Below are positions 50,348-62,364 of a stretch of DNA of 64,000 bases, in pieces. The notes under the pieces were generated by a model, which was given only the letters and a program-made list of their open reading frames with translations, made no database searches and was not told the origin of the DNA. Source of the stretch: Mobula birostris. Lineage: Eukaryota. The stretch is from assembly GCF_030028105.1 (NCBI RefSeq), contig NC_092375.1:34261130-34325129 (forward strand), written 5' to 3'. The first letter of the stretch is position 1. Each line of letters begins with the position of its first letter. The translations under genes were made by a program, and so were the position numbers.

Positions 50348-51751
50348 TAGGTGTCCCCCGCTTTTCGAACACTTTACGAAACCTCACTGTTACGAAAGAC
50401 CTACATTAGTTACCTGTTTTCGCTAACAGAAGGTGTTTTCACTGTTATGAAAAAAGCAGTGCGCGATAAAAGGCAGCGCGCGCCCCGAGCAGCCAAACTC
50501 CTCCCCGGAACTACATTCTAGCCGGCATTGCTTAAACACGTGCCTGTCAGCATCTGTGCTTTATGTTGATTTATTTTGAGCATCTGTTAGCAAGGTGAGT
50601 TCTAAGGTATCGGAAAAGCCTAAAAGAGCTCTTAAGGGTGTTACACTTAGCGTAAAACTAGACATAATTAAGCGTTTCGATCGTGGTGAACGAAGTAAGG
50701 ACAAAGTGAGTTTGGCTTGTGGAAGTTGACAAAGATGATGTTGAAGAGGTTTTGGCATCCCATGACCAAGAACTGATAGACGAAGAGCTGATGCAATTGG
50801 AAGAGAAAAGGATAACAATCGAAACCGAATGCAGTAGCAAACGGATCGAAAGTGAAGTCGTCCAGGAACCGAACGTGAAGCAACTGCGTGAGATTTTCGC
50901 TGCAACGATAAAGTACAACTTTAATTTTGAAAGGGTACGTTGGTTTAGGGCATATTCGCAGGATGGTTTGAGTGCTTACAAAGAACTGTATGATAGAAAA
51001 ATGTGCGAGGCTAAGCAGTCAAGCAAGCCTTCCACATCAGACGACAAACCTCGACCTTCGACATCGAGGCTGCCCTGATCGACAATGAGATGACACCCCA
51101 GTGTCCCACCACCCCAATCCCCGGGCCGTGGACCGATACATTGCCGTGGAGAATGCAGCGGTAGCCGGGACGCACCCAGCACATCTTTAAGAAAAAAGCC
51201 GAAATAAACAAGCTAATTAATTAGGTGCCGCCCGGCACGTAAATGTTGGCCCAGATCAGAGGCAATTGCTGACTGCGTCGCCTCTGACCTGCGCCGACAT
51301 TTACGTGGCGGGAGGCACCTAATTAATTAACTTGTTTATTTCGTTTTTTTTTCTTAGATGTGCTGGGTGCGTCCCGGCTACCGCTGTACCGCTGTTATTT
51401 GATATGATTTGGCAGCTTCATAGCTTAAAGGTTACTGGAGAGAGAGTTTCTGCCGAGAGCACTTGCGTGAGACTTTTGCTACACAGAACAGTGTGGCAAT
51501 GGTTGTAGAGAAGTATTTCTACTTTATATAGGCTGTGTATTTATCATATCATTCCTGCTTTTACGATATGTTACTGTTATTTCAGGTTTTATGTGTTACT
51601 TGGCATGATTTGGTAGGTTATTTTTGGGTCTGCGAACGCTCACAAATTTTTCCCATATAAATAAATGGTAATTGCTTCTTTGCTTTACCACATTCCGGCT
51701 TACAAACCGTTTTACAGGAACGCTCTACCTTCGGATGGCGGGGGAAACCTG
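50348..51751 (+). mobile_element. Tigger/pogo-type internally deleted DNA transposon
   Basis: TIRs taggtgtcccccgc / gcgggggaaacctg flanked by TA. The N-terminal HTH remnant VTLSVKLDIIKRFDRGE is joined to a Tigger1-like C-terminus DVEEVLASHDQELIDEELMQLEE. Confidence 0.88.
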
Positions 51752-51792
51752 TACCTGCACATGAAAAACTCATTTGGAGTTACATTTCATAC

Positions 51793-52700
51793 CTGTTGTG
51801 TTGCAGATTTTAGGTTGCTTTTCCTGGCTCGCAATTTCTTCTCTGTGCCTTTGTGTAACCGAATATATCCACCTTCAGCTAAAGTACGTTGTCGTAACCT
51901 ACTTTTGTAAGTATCATCTAAGAGGCATTTGGAAGAAGAGGCTACAGCAACTGATTTCTGTTTGTCATGTAATTTTGGTGGCCTACCACGCTTTCGTTTT
52001 GGCACATCTGACGTACAAGAATTTTGGATCTCTGTCAAATTCTCCTTCTGCTGATTCTCACTCTCATTCCCATTTACAATAGGCACATCCGTCTGTTCAC
52101 TGGTAGTTGGGGTTTCTGCAACGTCCTGGGCATTATTCTCTGTACTTTCCAGATTTGGCGTGCTTACACTAGACTCCATTGGTTCAATTTGCTCATTGAC
52201 ATGATTGTTTTCAGCACCACCATTTTCCACAGAGCAGTCGAGAATACCCTGAATTTGCTGAACCGTCAGTTCTTCAGTTGTATGTGTCGTTTGTGATTCA
52301 TACATCACAGCATCTTTTGGGGCCTCATCTTCCACACCAGATGCAGGGGCTTCAACAGGTACGGGAATTTGTATAGGCTCTTGCAGTAACACAGTTATGG
52401 AGCCATCAGCAGTGCTTTCAATAGCTTCAGGCTCTGGTTGTTCTAAAGTATTAACATCCATAGGCAGCTCCACCTCGGTGGCATGGACTCTGGAATTTAC
52501 AGTTTTTACATCTCCCTTTTGATACACAGTAATCTTCCTTTCCTCTAGCTGTTTATGCACATGTTCACACATCTCCAGAACTTCATACATTAGTAGATGA
52601 CGTGCCAATGTGGCAACATCAGCCATATGACAGAAATCAAACGCTAAGACAGACGTATAAGCAAATTCCAACAATGGAAGAAAACTTGTTTTATTAAAGC
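51793..52700 (-). CDS. ZBTB11: ZBTB11 coding exon 4 (BTB C-terminal half, acidic linker, AT-hook)
   Basis: 908 bp. GFNKTSFLPLLEFAYTSVL...KRKRGRPPK...YKSRLRQRTLAEGGYIRLHKG.EKKL. Confidence 0.97.
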
Positions 52701-53811
52701 CTGCAAAAGAATGTAAAAAGTGAAAAGATTTATAAGAATGTTATTTAAAACTAACAATAATTATAAATATACTACCCAACAGTTTGGTCACTTACTGCGT
52801 TGGAGCACTCATGTCAAATGTCCAAAAGCAAAAGAATACTAGTACGACTGTCCCTTTTGCAGAATCTCTAGTTGTTATAACCAAAAGTCAGGAAAATGTT
52901 GGGAGAACTAGGACACTGTAACTACATATTTCATGGTGTTTGCTTCAATGTTTTAACAAAAGTATCAAGGATTAAGTTGCACAATTTCTGGGAAAGGTAT
53001 TGTGTATTCATGAAACTTACCGCAGTAAATAGTATAAAAAAAAAAAGCACAATTCATATTTCAATTAGTTGCTCATAATCAGAAACATGCAAGTTACACA
53101 AATCTTTCCATTAAAGACTCTTGAATCCCAAATTTAATATTTATCACAGAAATGAAAATATAATCTCCATTTCTTTATAAAAATCAAAGCAGCTATTTAC
53201 CCATTACAAGGCAAATTTATGACAATTCACCACAGTATACCAAAAGTCAAATGGAGAAATTTAATAACAAGATAATGAGATGCCCACAAGGGAAAACAAG
53301 CACGCAAGCAACCTCATCAAATTTCAGATATTAAAAGTGAAAGATAATAGAAACAAATGATTCCATCATTTCTTCAACTTTTTGAGGAGGTGTCCAGTGG
53401 TGAATAAAACGATAAGTAATGTGTTCTGCAGATGAATAGCTGACCCACTATAGTGTCATCAGGATGCAGAGCATCTGTCTAATTGCACTGGGCCATATGG
53501 GTGTGGTAGAGAGGACTCGGGAGAAAAATACGAACAAGAACAAAAAAAAGGAGGAAGCAGGATCACAGTCAAAGAAAATAATAAACATTGTACTTTCCTG
53601 GTTTCACTACATATAGCAGCTTTAAAATACTACAATCAAGACCGCATGAAGGTCAATAAGCGTAAATACTTTTGATTTAAAACATCATCTTTGTTGCCAT
53701 TATTTCCTGTCATTTGATTAATTTCCCACATTCCTTTGCAAGGTGAAATAATAGTGCTATTTCTGTGATTTCCAGACATGATATAAACATAGGTACTCGA
53801 TTTTTTCGTAC

Positions 53812-54043
53812 CTGAAAGGTCCACAACCGCTTCATGACTGGAGACTGCTCCCTTTTCAATGAAGAGGTCTCGAAAATATTCACTGCTTGCTGCCAGAACG
53901 GACTTGTGTGCTTTGTACTCCTCTCCCTCGATCAGGAGCGTGACATCACAGAATTGGTTGGACAGCCTCTGAAAATTCAACTGTTCTAGCACTATTTGGC
54001 AGTGTTTTTCAGATTCCTGTTTCACAAGGCCCTTGCTATCCAC
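53812..54043 (-). CDS. ZBTB11: ZBTB11 coding exon 3 (BTB N-terminal half)
   Basis: 232 bp. QRLSNQFCDVTLLIEGEEYKAHKSVLAASSEYFRDLFIEKGAVSSHEAVVDLS(G). Confidence 0.97.
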
Positions 54044-56388
54044 CTGAATAAAACAATTTACACGGCAATTCCAAATTTGTGTCAACATGATTTAGGTCAA
54101 CCAACAATTGTCTGGTTATGAACTTCTTCAGAACTACTAAAAGTGCCATTACTACTTCAACTTGCACTGATAGAGTGCTTTCAAATTATAGATTGGTTTG
54201 ATTGTTTCAGGAATCAGAGCAATACTTCTATTTCTGGGGCTGTCCACAACAAATGGTCACAAATATGCAAAACATGCAATAAACAATAAATCATATAAAC
54301 AATTCTGCACAAAGAAATTTGTCCTGAAGTATTCATTAAACCTACATGTGGCTTTGGTACTGTCGTGACTCCAGGCTTTGGTATGAGAACAGGCAAATCA
54401 CTAGTTTTAATTACTGTCTTTTTTAAAAGGTTTGATAGATACAGAAGAAAGAAAGGAATACAAGGGAATCTAGGTAAGTGTGAGATGAAATGACAGATGA
54501 GGTTCTTTATATAGAGCATAAACTGGCAGAGATTATTGAACTCAATGGCTAGTTTTCATGCTGTGTAATTCTGTATGACAACGGAATGTGCTGCAAGATA
54601 TAAATACCTCAGAAAGTGGGGAAAATCAAATCTATGTTATTACCTAGTGACTTCAGTTTCTGTAGTTGTTTTTAATTGTTTCTTAGTGGTTGGTGTAGGT
54701 CAATTAACAGAAATTATCCATATTGCTGGTCATGAAAATGAAGTTGAGCATACTTTTCATAAGCAAGATGTAATAAGGCCAAACTTAAGCGTGCACTGAG
54801 TTAAAAATTGAAATAATTTACCTCAAAATTATAGTTTTACATGCTTTTAAAACATTATTTATCTAACTTCAGTTGGAAAGCTTGGAACCATTGGTGCTCA
54901 AGCCATTGAAACTGAAATCTCCTACTTCAAGACAAGCACTGTGAAATGCAGAAGTCCAAGGCAGACTCCACTACTGACCTTCTTATAGCATCTAGTACTG
55001 GAGCTCCTGGTCTTCCTGGGATTACCCAGGATAAAGATTTGGTGGGGAAGGCAGGTGGCACTTGGCTCACAGATCATAGACTGTTTAATCTTAATGGGGA
55101 CTGAGAGAATCGGAGGCAATAAATAGAGAAGATAAAAGAAAATTGCTTTGGAAAAAATTCACTTAAGGCTTAAAATTATTCCTGTGTATTTTGCATTTTG
55201 GTTAACTTTTTAAAAAGCTGATTTTTATTTTAATTGAAAAATATTCAATGCCATGGAGCCTTAACAAGAGTGGATTGAAGAGGATGTTAAATTTTGTGGA
55301 AGAACACAGAATGAGGGATCACTTTTTAAAAACATGGTATATAAGGGGTTGTTCATTTAAGATAGTGATGTGATCAAATTCCCTCACAGATGATCATACA
55401 TCTTTAAAATTATCTTCCTCGAGGCAATGCAAACAGAATCAGAATCTTTAAACATTTTAAAGGTTGAGATAAAACAGATAGTCAATTAGCAAAGTGGGGG
55501 GGTGGTTCAAAAGGTAAACAAGAGGCATAATTAAAGTTACACAGAGATGAATTGTGATCTTTTAAAAGGCAAAACATGCTTGAAGTTCTGAATGATGAAC
55601 TCTTAATATTTTGTATTTATTTTATCATTTAAAAATATCTAATTATCAAGATGCAAAATCCTCTGCTAGCAATGTCAAGCCTAAACTGTGTTGTTGTGAA
55701 TATCACTAGTATTTTGAGAGCATGGCCTTTTTTAATGTTCTGCTAATGCTTTGATACAGTTCAAAGCAGATCATTAGATTCAGCAGATCAGTTTGGGATG
55801 ACTGGAACATAATTCTAGGTGGGATGAGCGGGGATGCTGTGATGTGGCCAAATGGATTGCATGATATTGAATATTTATCATTATTTTCTTTATACATTTG
55901 GATATATAGCAGCCACAACATTCTGCTTTGATCTCTACTCTTAGACATATTTGTTTTCCTACTTCTTATTCTTTGCCTTGACAAGTAAAAAACATGACAT
56001 AATTGTAGCTTTCTTATCTGCCATATTATTGTCTAGCATCATTGTTAAGTTTACCAGTATGAATGATTATTAAATCTTAACCTTGGTGCAACATGGGAGC
56101 ATTGAGAAATTTGAGTACGAAAAAACTTATACAGGTGGTTAATTGGTATTACAAGCTGACTGAAACAGCTACCTGCATTCCACACGTAGGTTAGGTTCTT
56201 TGTGACTAAATGAATCAAATACTGTGCAAATGGGGCATTTTCTAATCTTCTAGGCTAGACTAGAAATTAAAACAGTCTAGTTATTATACGTTTTAATAAA
56301 TAAAACTTAAAATCAACGTGTAAGACTCATACTTTCAGTTGAAGCTCCCCAAAGTCCCTTAAGTACCCATAGAATCAATGGTACTTAC

Positions 56389-56627
56389 AAACACCAACTC
56401 CTGCTTTGGGGCCGTTTTCTTTCTGGTAGGTTTCGGGGGAGCTTCAGCTCTTCCCCCAGAGTTACTCAATTCATCATCAGTTTCATTGCCATTACCCGCC
56501 ACTGGAACGTCTATGCCTAGCTGTTCCAACATTTCCATTGTATCGGCACATACTGACTTGTTTCGATCGATCTTTTCCTTGCATTGAATACATTCCTTGA
56601 TATAGTCTTTCACTTGCTTAAATATAC
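56389..56627 (-). CDS. ZBTB11: ZBTB11 coding exon 2
   Basis: 239 bp. (G)IFKQVKDYIKECIQCKEKIDR...EMLEQLG...KQELVF. Confidence 0.97.
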
Positions 56628-56857
56628 CTGAAAATGAAACAAAATGGCACTGCTAATTTAGGAAATAAAAGAAAGTTCAATTCACCAAATCTATGAAAAA
56701 AAAAGGAAAAAGGTGATTTTAAAAAAGACTTCCAAAATTAACCTGGAGGGGACACGGTTAAAAATGATTCACTTGTACTTCTTCCAGTTTAGTGTATTGC
56801 ATTGAAGAAGCTCACATTCAATCTTTCACATTGAAGTTCCGTTTCTATTCAATACAC

Positions 56858-57235
56858 ACAGGTGCCAGGATAATCAAGGACACGACCCATCCAGCCAACA
56901 CACTTTTCGCCCCTCTTCCCTCTGGGAGAAGGCTCAGGAGCTTGAAGACTTGTACAGCCAGATTTGCGAACAGCTTCTTTCCAACTGTGATAAGACTGCT
57001 GAACGAATCCTGACCCGGATCTGAGCCGTAACCTCCAAATATCCGGACCTGCCTCTCGGATTTTTTGCACTACCTTACTTTCCCTTTTCTGTTTTCTATT
57101 TATGATTTATAATTTAAATTTTTTAAATACTTACTATCAATTTGTACTCCAGGGAGCGTGAAGCGCAGAATCAAATATCGCTGTGATGATTGTACGTTCT
57201 AGTATCAATTGTTTAGCGACAATAAAGTATAAAGT
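56858..57235 (+). mobile_element. Rex1/Babar-like 3' end
   Basis: ARIIKDTTHPANTLFAPLPSGRRLRSLK...FANSFFPTVIRLLN, with tail aataaagtataaagta. Confidence 0.85.
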
Positions 57236-58414
57236 AGGTGATGCTGAGCATTAATTGCCTGTCATTTCAATTCTCTATACTGGACCTAGTTGGCACAGTG
57301 TAAGTCACCAGCTCATCTTTCGGGCAGCCATGTTACAGAACTTCAGCACAACAGCGGCTTCATTAATTTCAGATTCAAACGTTTGCATCAGAACTGGACA
57401 GATTTTTCTTTCTCTCTACTGACCTTACCTAAGCTGCTCACTATTTCCAGCATTCTCACTACATCAGATTTCCAGCAACTGCAATGACACATAGCTCACA
57501 CTACAGGCATTTCCCCTACATGCCCCTCAACTTGCATCTCCTCCAATTAACAATCTTTCCTCACCACGTCTCAGTTAACCCCTTTGTTCTCCCCACCCCT
57601 TTACTTCTCCAAAAGAAAGCTAGATTTCTGAATTTTCCTGGTTTTGATTAAAGGTCAGTGGCCTGAAGTGTTATCCCTGTTTTCCACACCACTGATAACG
57701 CCTGACCTGCTTCTATAATAGTCAAGAGACTCATAAAACTTCAGTGCTAAAGTTATGGGAAGGAAAATCAAATACTTCCAAATATCATTACTTCTCTGAG
57801 CATCAAACGCCAATCGATGTCATTCGATTCACTCTCAAAACACCTTTAAAAAGACTTTTTCGATGCTGTCACATTAGAATACCCATTACTGATCTTCATA
57901 ACAGACAATTATCGACTCCATTTACTGTCATCGCCTACTTATCAGCAGTCCCCTCTCCCTTCACCACTGCCCTTGCCCCACCAAATAAACCACACACCCA
58001 AGTCATTCGACCGCTAACACATAGGACCACACTCCCCCCATTTCTTCACCAATTATTTGGCAGGGAAACGTTCTAAAATCAGGTTGTATTCAAAGTAAAT
58101 TGTCTTGCCATCACTCCACATTCCGATCCCTGTTTTCTCACTCCTCTGCTCACTGTCCCACAACTTTCCTCCAGTTCTGATCCTGTTCACTTTTTCCCGA
58201 AAACACGGCTGCTGTCTATACGTTCTCTGCCACCTTCACCGCCCATTCTTCAGAGGTTCTTGATGCCTTCTTCACCACCCGCCTTCCAACAGGTGCTTCA
58301 AATAATGTTTTTCCACACTCGTCCCGAGTGAAGTCGAAGCCCCCTTGTGATCGCGCTTCTATGCGCCATCTCCACTAGTACTCTCCCCAAGAAGACCGCC
58401 CCTACACCTCAAAT

Positions 58415-59048
58415 ACATGGTGGAGGATTACAAATGCCTGGAGATACGAATTGACAATCAACTGGACTGGTCAAAGAACACTGAGGCTGTCTACAAGAAG
58501 GGTCAGAGCCGTCTCTATTTCCTGAGGAGACTGAAGTCTTCTAACATCTGTCGGACGATGCTGAGGATGTTCTACGAGTCTGTGGTGGCCAGTGCTATCA
58601 TGTTTGCTGTTGTGTGCTGGAGCAGCAGACACCAACAGAACCAACAAACTCATTCGTAAGGCCAGTAATGTTGTGGGGATGGAACTGGTCTCTCTGACAG
58701 TGGTGTCTGAAAAGAGGATGCTGTCCAAGTTGCATGCCATCTTGGACAATGTCTCCCATCCACTACATAATGTACTGGTTGGGCACAGGAGTACATTCAG
58801 CCAGAGACTCATTCCACCGAGATGCAACACAGAGCGTCATAGGAGGTCACTCCTGCCTGTGGCCATCAAACTTTACAACTCCTCCCTTGGAGGGTCAGAC
58901 ACCCTGAGCCAATAGGCTGGTCCTGGACATTTCATAATTTACTGACATAATTTACATATTACTATTTATGGTTCTATTACTATTTATTATTTATGGTGCA
59001 ACTGTAAAGAAAACCAATTTCCCCCGGGATCAATAAAGTATGACTATG
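58415..59048 (+). mobile_element. Rex1/Babar-like 3' part
   Basis: KKGQSRLYFLRRL, MFYESVVASAI and HPLH..L, with tail aataaagtatgactatga. Confidence 0.85.
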
Positions 59049-59349
59049 AAAGTAACTTAGCGTCTGATTCAGGGTGAAGCAAAAAACCCGATAACCATCC
59101 CCCTTCCACGTCTCGTCCCTTCTCCCCCGCTCCCTGCATCTCCGTTCTTCCAATTCTTAACCAGCAGCTCTGCCAGATTATACCCTACGGCAGGTCCTGA
59201 GGGATGTGCACTCCAATTTTCTCACTCCTCCTCCTCTCCCATGTGGTTGCCCCTCTCACTATCCTCCCCAAAGTAACTTCCGGTCATGTCTCTCGTCCAG
59301 GGTGAGGCACAAGCCCCGTAGCCGTTCTCCCTCCGTAATCCTCACTCAC

Positions 59350-59659
59350 CTCTCCACCAGTAGCTCTGCGAGATGTTCCTCCAGGTCTGGTCCCGGGTGA
59401 AGTGGATGCCCTCGGCGCTCTCGTGGAACGAGGCGATCAGCTCCCGGCGAGTGCTGGCCTCCAGCACAACCTCCAACTCATCGAACTCGTCGCGGTCCTT
59501 GCGCTTCTTCTGGTAGTACAGGGTTCCGCGCCGCACCACGTAGCAGGCGGCGGCCTTGCGGATCTTCCTCTTGACGTTGCCCTCGGTCCCCGGCGCATAA
59601 GGTTCCTTCTCGTTGGTCAGGTACCGGATGATCGCTTTGTAACTCTCCTCGTTCGACAT
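59350..59659 (-). CDS. ZBTB11: ZBTB11 coding exon 1 (integrase-like zinc-binding domain)
   Basis: 310 bp. MSNEESYKAIIRYLTNEKEPYAPGTEGNVKRKIRKAAACYVVR.GTLYYQ...YWWR(G); donor GTGAGT. All 11 exons join in phase to 3243 nt. Confidence 0.97.
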
Positions 59660-59960
59660 GTCACTGCCCCTGCGGTCAGGCCGGCTGCCGCCGAGGCCTC
59701 CCCGGTTTACGTTTAAAAACAAATAATATTTTTAAACTAAAAATTGTTTAGATATTTTATTTATTAAACGTTGGTTGGTTTCGGCCGTAGGGAGCGGGAA
59801 AGGTTCCTCGGAAAGATAAAATGGCTGCTGCACAACCGGAGATGACACAAGGCGATCGTGACCCTTGAACCGGACGACCATTCTTTGGCAAATGGCTGCT
59901 ATTGCTCTGTTGGTTAAAGCCGCGACTTTCTTGGGGACGGTTCCTCACGGGACATATCAG
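59660..59960 (-). promoter_or_regulatory. ZBTB11 CpG-island promoter / 5' UTR with two YY1-like motifs
   Basis: CpG-rich at about 59280-59960. AAAATGGCTGC at 59818-59828 and AAATGGCTGC at 59890-59899 (plus strand). Confidence 0.55.
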
Positions 59961-60404
59961 GTGATACGGGTTCGTTCTCAGTTCTTCAAGTTTTTTAAAA
60001 AATTCACCTGATATTTGTCCTCAGGATAATGGAGAGGGGCCATGGTAACGAGAGGAGTGTCGGCCTTCTCTCCGCGGCCAATGCTGGTCCGAAGTCAGAA
60101 TGGCTCGGCACTTTGAGGGTGGGAGAAAGAAAATAAACGAACGATCTACAGACAATGAATGAAAATCTTTGATTCCGAAGTCCTGAAAACAAAACAGCTC
60201 AGTAGGGCATGTAGTGGCTGTGAAGGAGAAATGTCCAATATTCCAGGTCAAAGAGCTTTCACCAGAAATGAGAAACGCCCAGTACCTTCCTATTAAAAAA
60301 AATACCAGAATTTGTTGCCAAATATAACAAAGCACCCAGGAAAAGTTATTGAGACAATCAACGGCCTTATGAAAGGCCTATATATGTGCCACATCATTCT
60401 ATAA

Positions 60405-61727
60405 CAGACATCCCACCCTGCAAAAACTCATTTCAGGGAGGTTAGCACCCGCACCCCCTCGCAACACCATATCCCACGCCCCCCCCCGCCCGTCGACCTC
60501 CAAGGGTGTATGTAATACTTTGTTTAGTGATTTTGTCTAATCTGTAAACCAAGTTGGGTATATGCAGCAAATGTGACATTAAAATATGTGCTTATATTAT
60601 CATGTGTCTGACATATCATATTACAACTTTAAGCAAGTCTACAGAGAGTTTGGCCTCATCACGTAGGACATCAATAGCGTAGCTCCTTAGCAGCTAGCCA
60701 GCTAGTTTAAATAACGTTAGCTATGCTGTAATGACACCTGTTAAATTCACCTCAACATATCTTTTACATTTTAACCCACCATGGGCAATAGAAAAGTCAC
60801 TGTTGCAAGCAGTGCAGCGGCAACACTGTCATTATTTTTGAGGTCGACTGTAAAGCCTGCCCACAGAGAAAACTGATAGGTCTACTTAGCAGGGGTCCCC
60901 AACATTTTTTGCACCGCAGACCGTTTTAATACTGATAATATTCTTGCGGACCGGCTGACCCGGGGCGGGGGGGGGGAGCGGTGGTTGTTAATCACGACCG
61001 GAATATAGGTGATAAGTCAATAGCATCATAACATTTTAAGTAACGTTTCGATATTAAACACACAGCGCATATTTTCCACGTATGAACATATAAAATCATT
61101 GCAACACACCAATATTGCTGAATCAGTACGAGCCCTGGGCTTGTTTTCCTGCAACAAGACGGCCCCATCGAGGGGTGAGGGGAGACAGCGATACTCGAAG
61201 GGGGTTCCTTATGTCCAGTCTATTCCACAATTTAGTTTTCGTTGCATTCATTGCAGAAAACTCCGCTTCGCAGCGATATGATGTTGGAAATGGAAGCAAC
61301 GTTTTCAGTGCTTTCGTGGCTATCTCAGGATATTTAGCCTTGACTTTGATCCAGAATGCCGGCAGAGATGTTATGTCAAACAAACTTTTCAGCCCGCCGT
61401 CATTTATAAGCTCGAGGAGTCGATCTTCTTCCCGCGATGACATGGATGACGCGCGCGTAATGATCTTGCGTGCGTTCAACAGTGCTTGACAGGAAATGAG
61501 GAGAGGTGCAAATGACTCATATCGTTACATATCGCCAAATCATATTGTTTCCTCACGGCCCGGTGGTTGGGGACCACTCTCAGCACAAAGAGAGACCAAC
61601 CAGGATGCTCGCTCTCCCTCTCAAAAAAAATCTATTTCCGGGATATTGTATATAATTTCCGGGCATCAGGGAGCCACTATCGATATACGGGAGACTCCCG
61701 GATCTTCCGGGAGAGGTGGGATGTCTG
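60405..61727. mobile_element. Non-autonomous TIR element with 13-bp TIR and 6-bp TSD (hAT-like)
   Basis: Perfect TIRs CAGACATCCCACC (60405-60417) / GGTGGGATGTCTG (61715-61727), with CTATAA on both flanks. Confidence 0.8.
60890..61578 (-). mobile_element. Charlie-type hAT deletion derivative nested in the previous element
   Basis: Termini caggggtccccaac / gttggggaccact. ORF 61123-61479 is a hATC dimerisation domain (FWIKVKAKYPEIATKALKTLLPFPTSYRCE..FS). Confidence 0.85.
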
Positions 61728-62364
61728 CTATAATACTAATTAATACTGCCAATAAAATGCCATTGCTTGTTGCTAAAAGAACTTAGCACTATAAGGAGGT
61801 ATACATAAGTTATATTGAGAATTAATGAGAACTGTAATGTGTAGAGCAGGGGTTCCTGAACTGTTTTTAATCAAAGGTAGCCTTTTCGTATTCCATTTTC
61901 CTTGCAAATTACATTCCCAGAATTGCACAAGTTGGAAAATGATCTAGTTTGCCCTCAACTTGTTCTTCACTAACCCCTTCACCTTCCTTTTGCCTGATAC
62001 TTGATGTGACCATATATATACCGAGTCAAGATTGCACAAAAGAGCAAACTTTCGTAGACACTGGCCCGCCCTTTATAATCATGAATGTGTTAATTTCGGT
62101 CCACATTGTTCAAGCAACGGTAATTGAGCCCACTGAGTCACTGTGGTAGAGCACATTACTGTACAGTTCATTCATGTCTTCTGGATAATTTGGGGATTAA
62201 CCAATTGAATACACGAGAACATATACAATTTAGCACTGGCATCGTGAATTTCCAGTGGCCAGCGATGAATACTGTGGTTTTGCCTTGTTCATCGATCCAA
62301 TAAGGCTATCAATCAGCCTGGCACTTTTCTGTCATGACTCCTGTCACAGTAATAGCACTTCAAA

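Noticed and set aside
59402-59716. 104-aa plus-strand ORF
   Set aside because: Antisense shadow of GC-rich ZBTB11 exon 1.
59660-59722. 21-codon N-terminal extension of ZBTB11 in the ORF track
   Set aside because: It begins at a non-ATG codon; the conserved start is MSNEESY at 59659.
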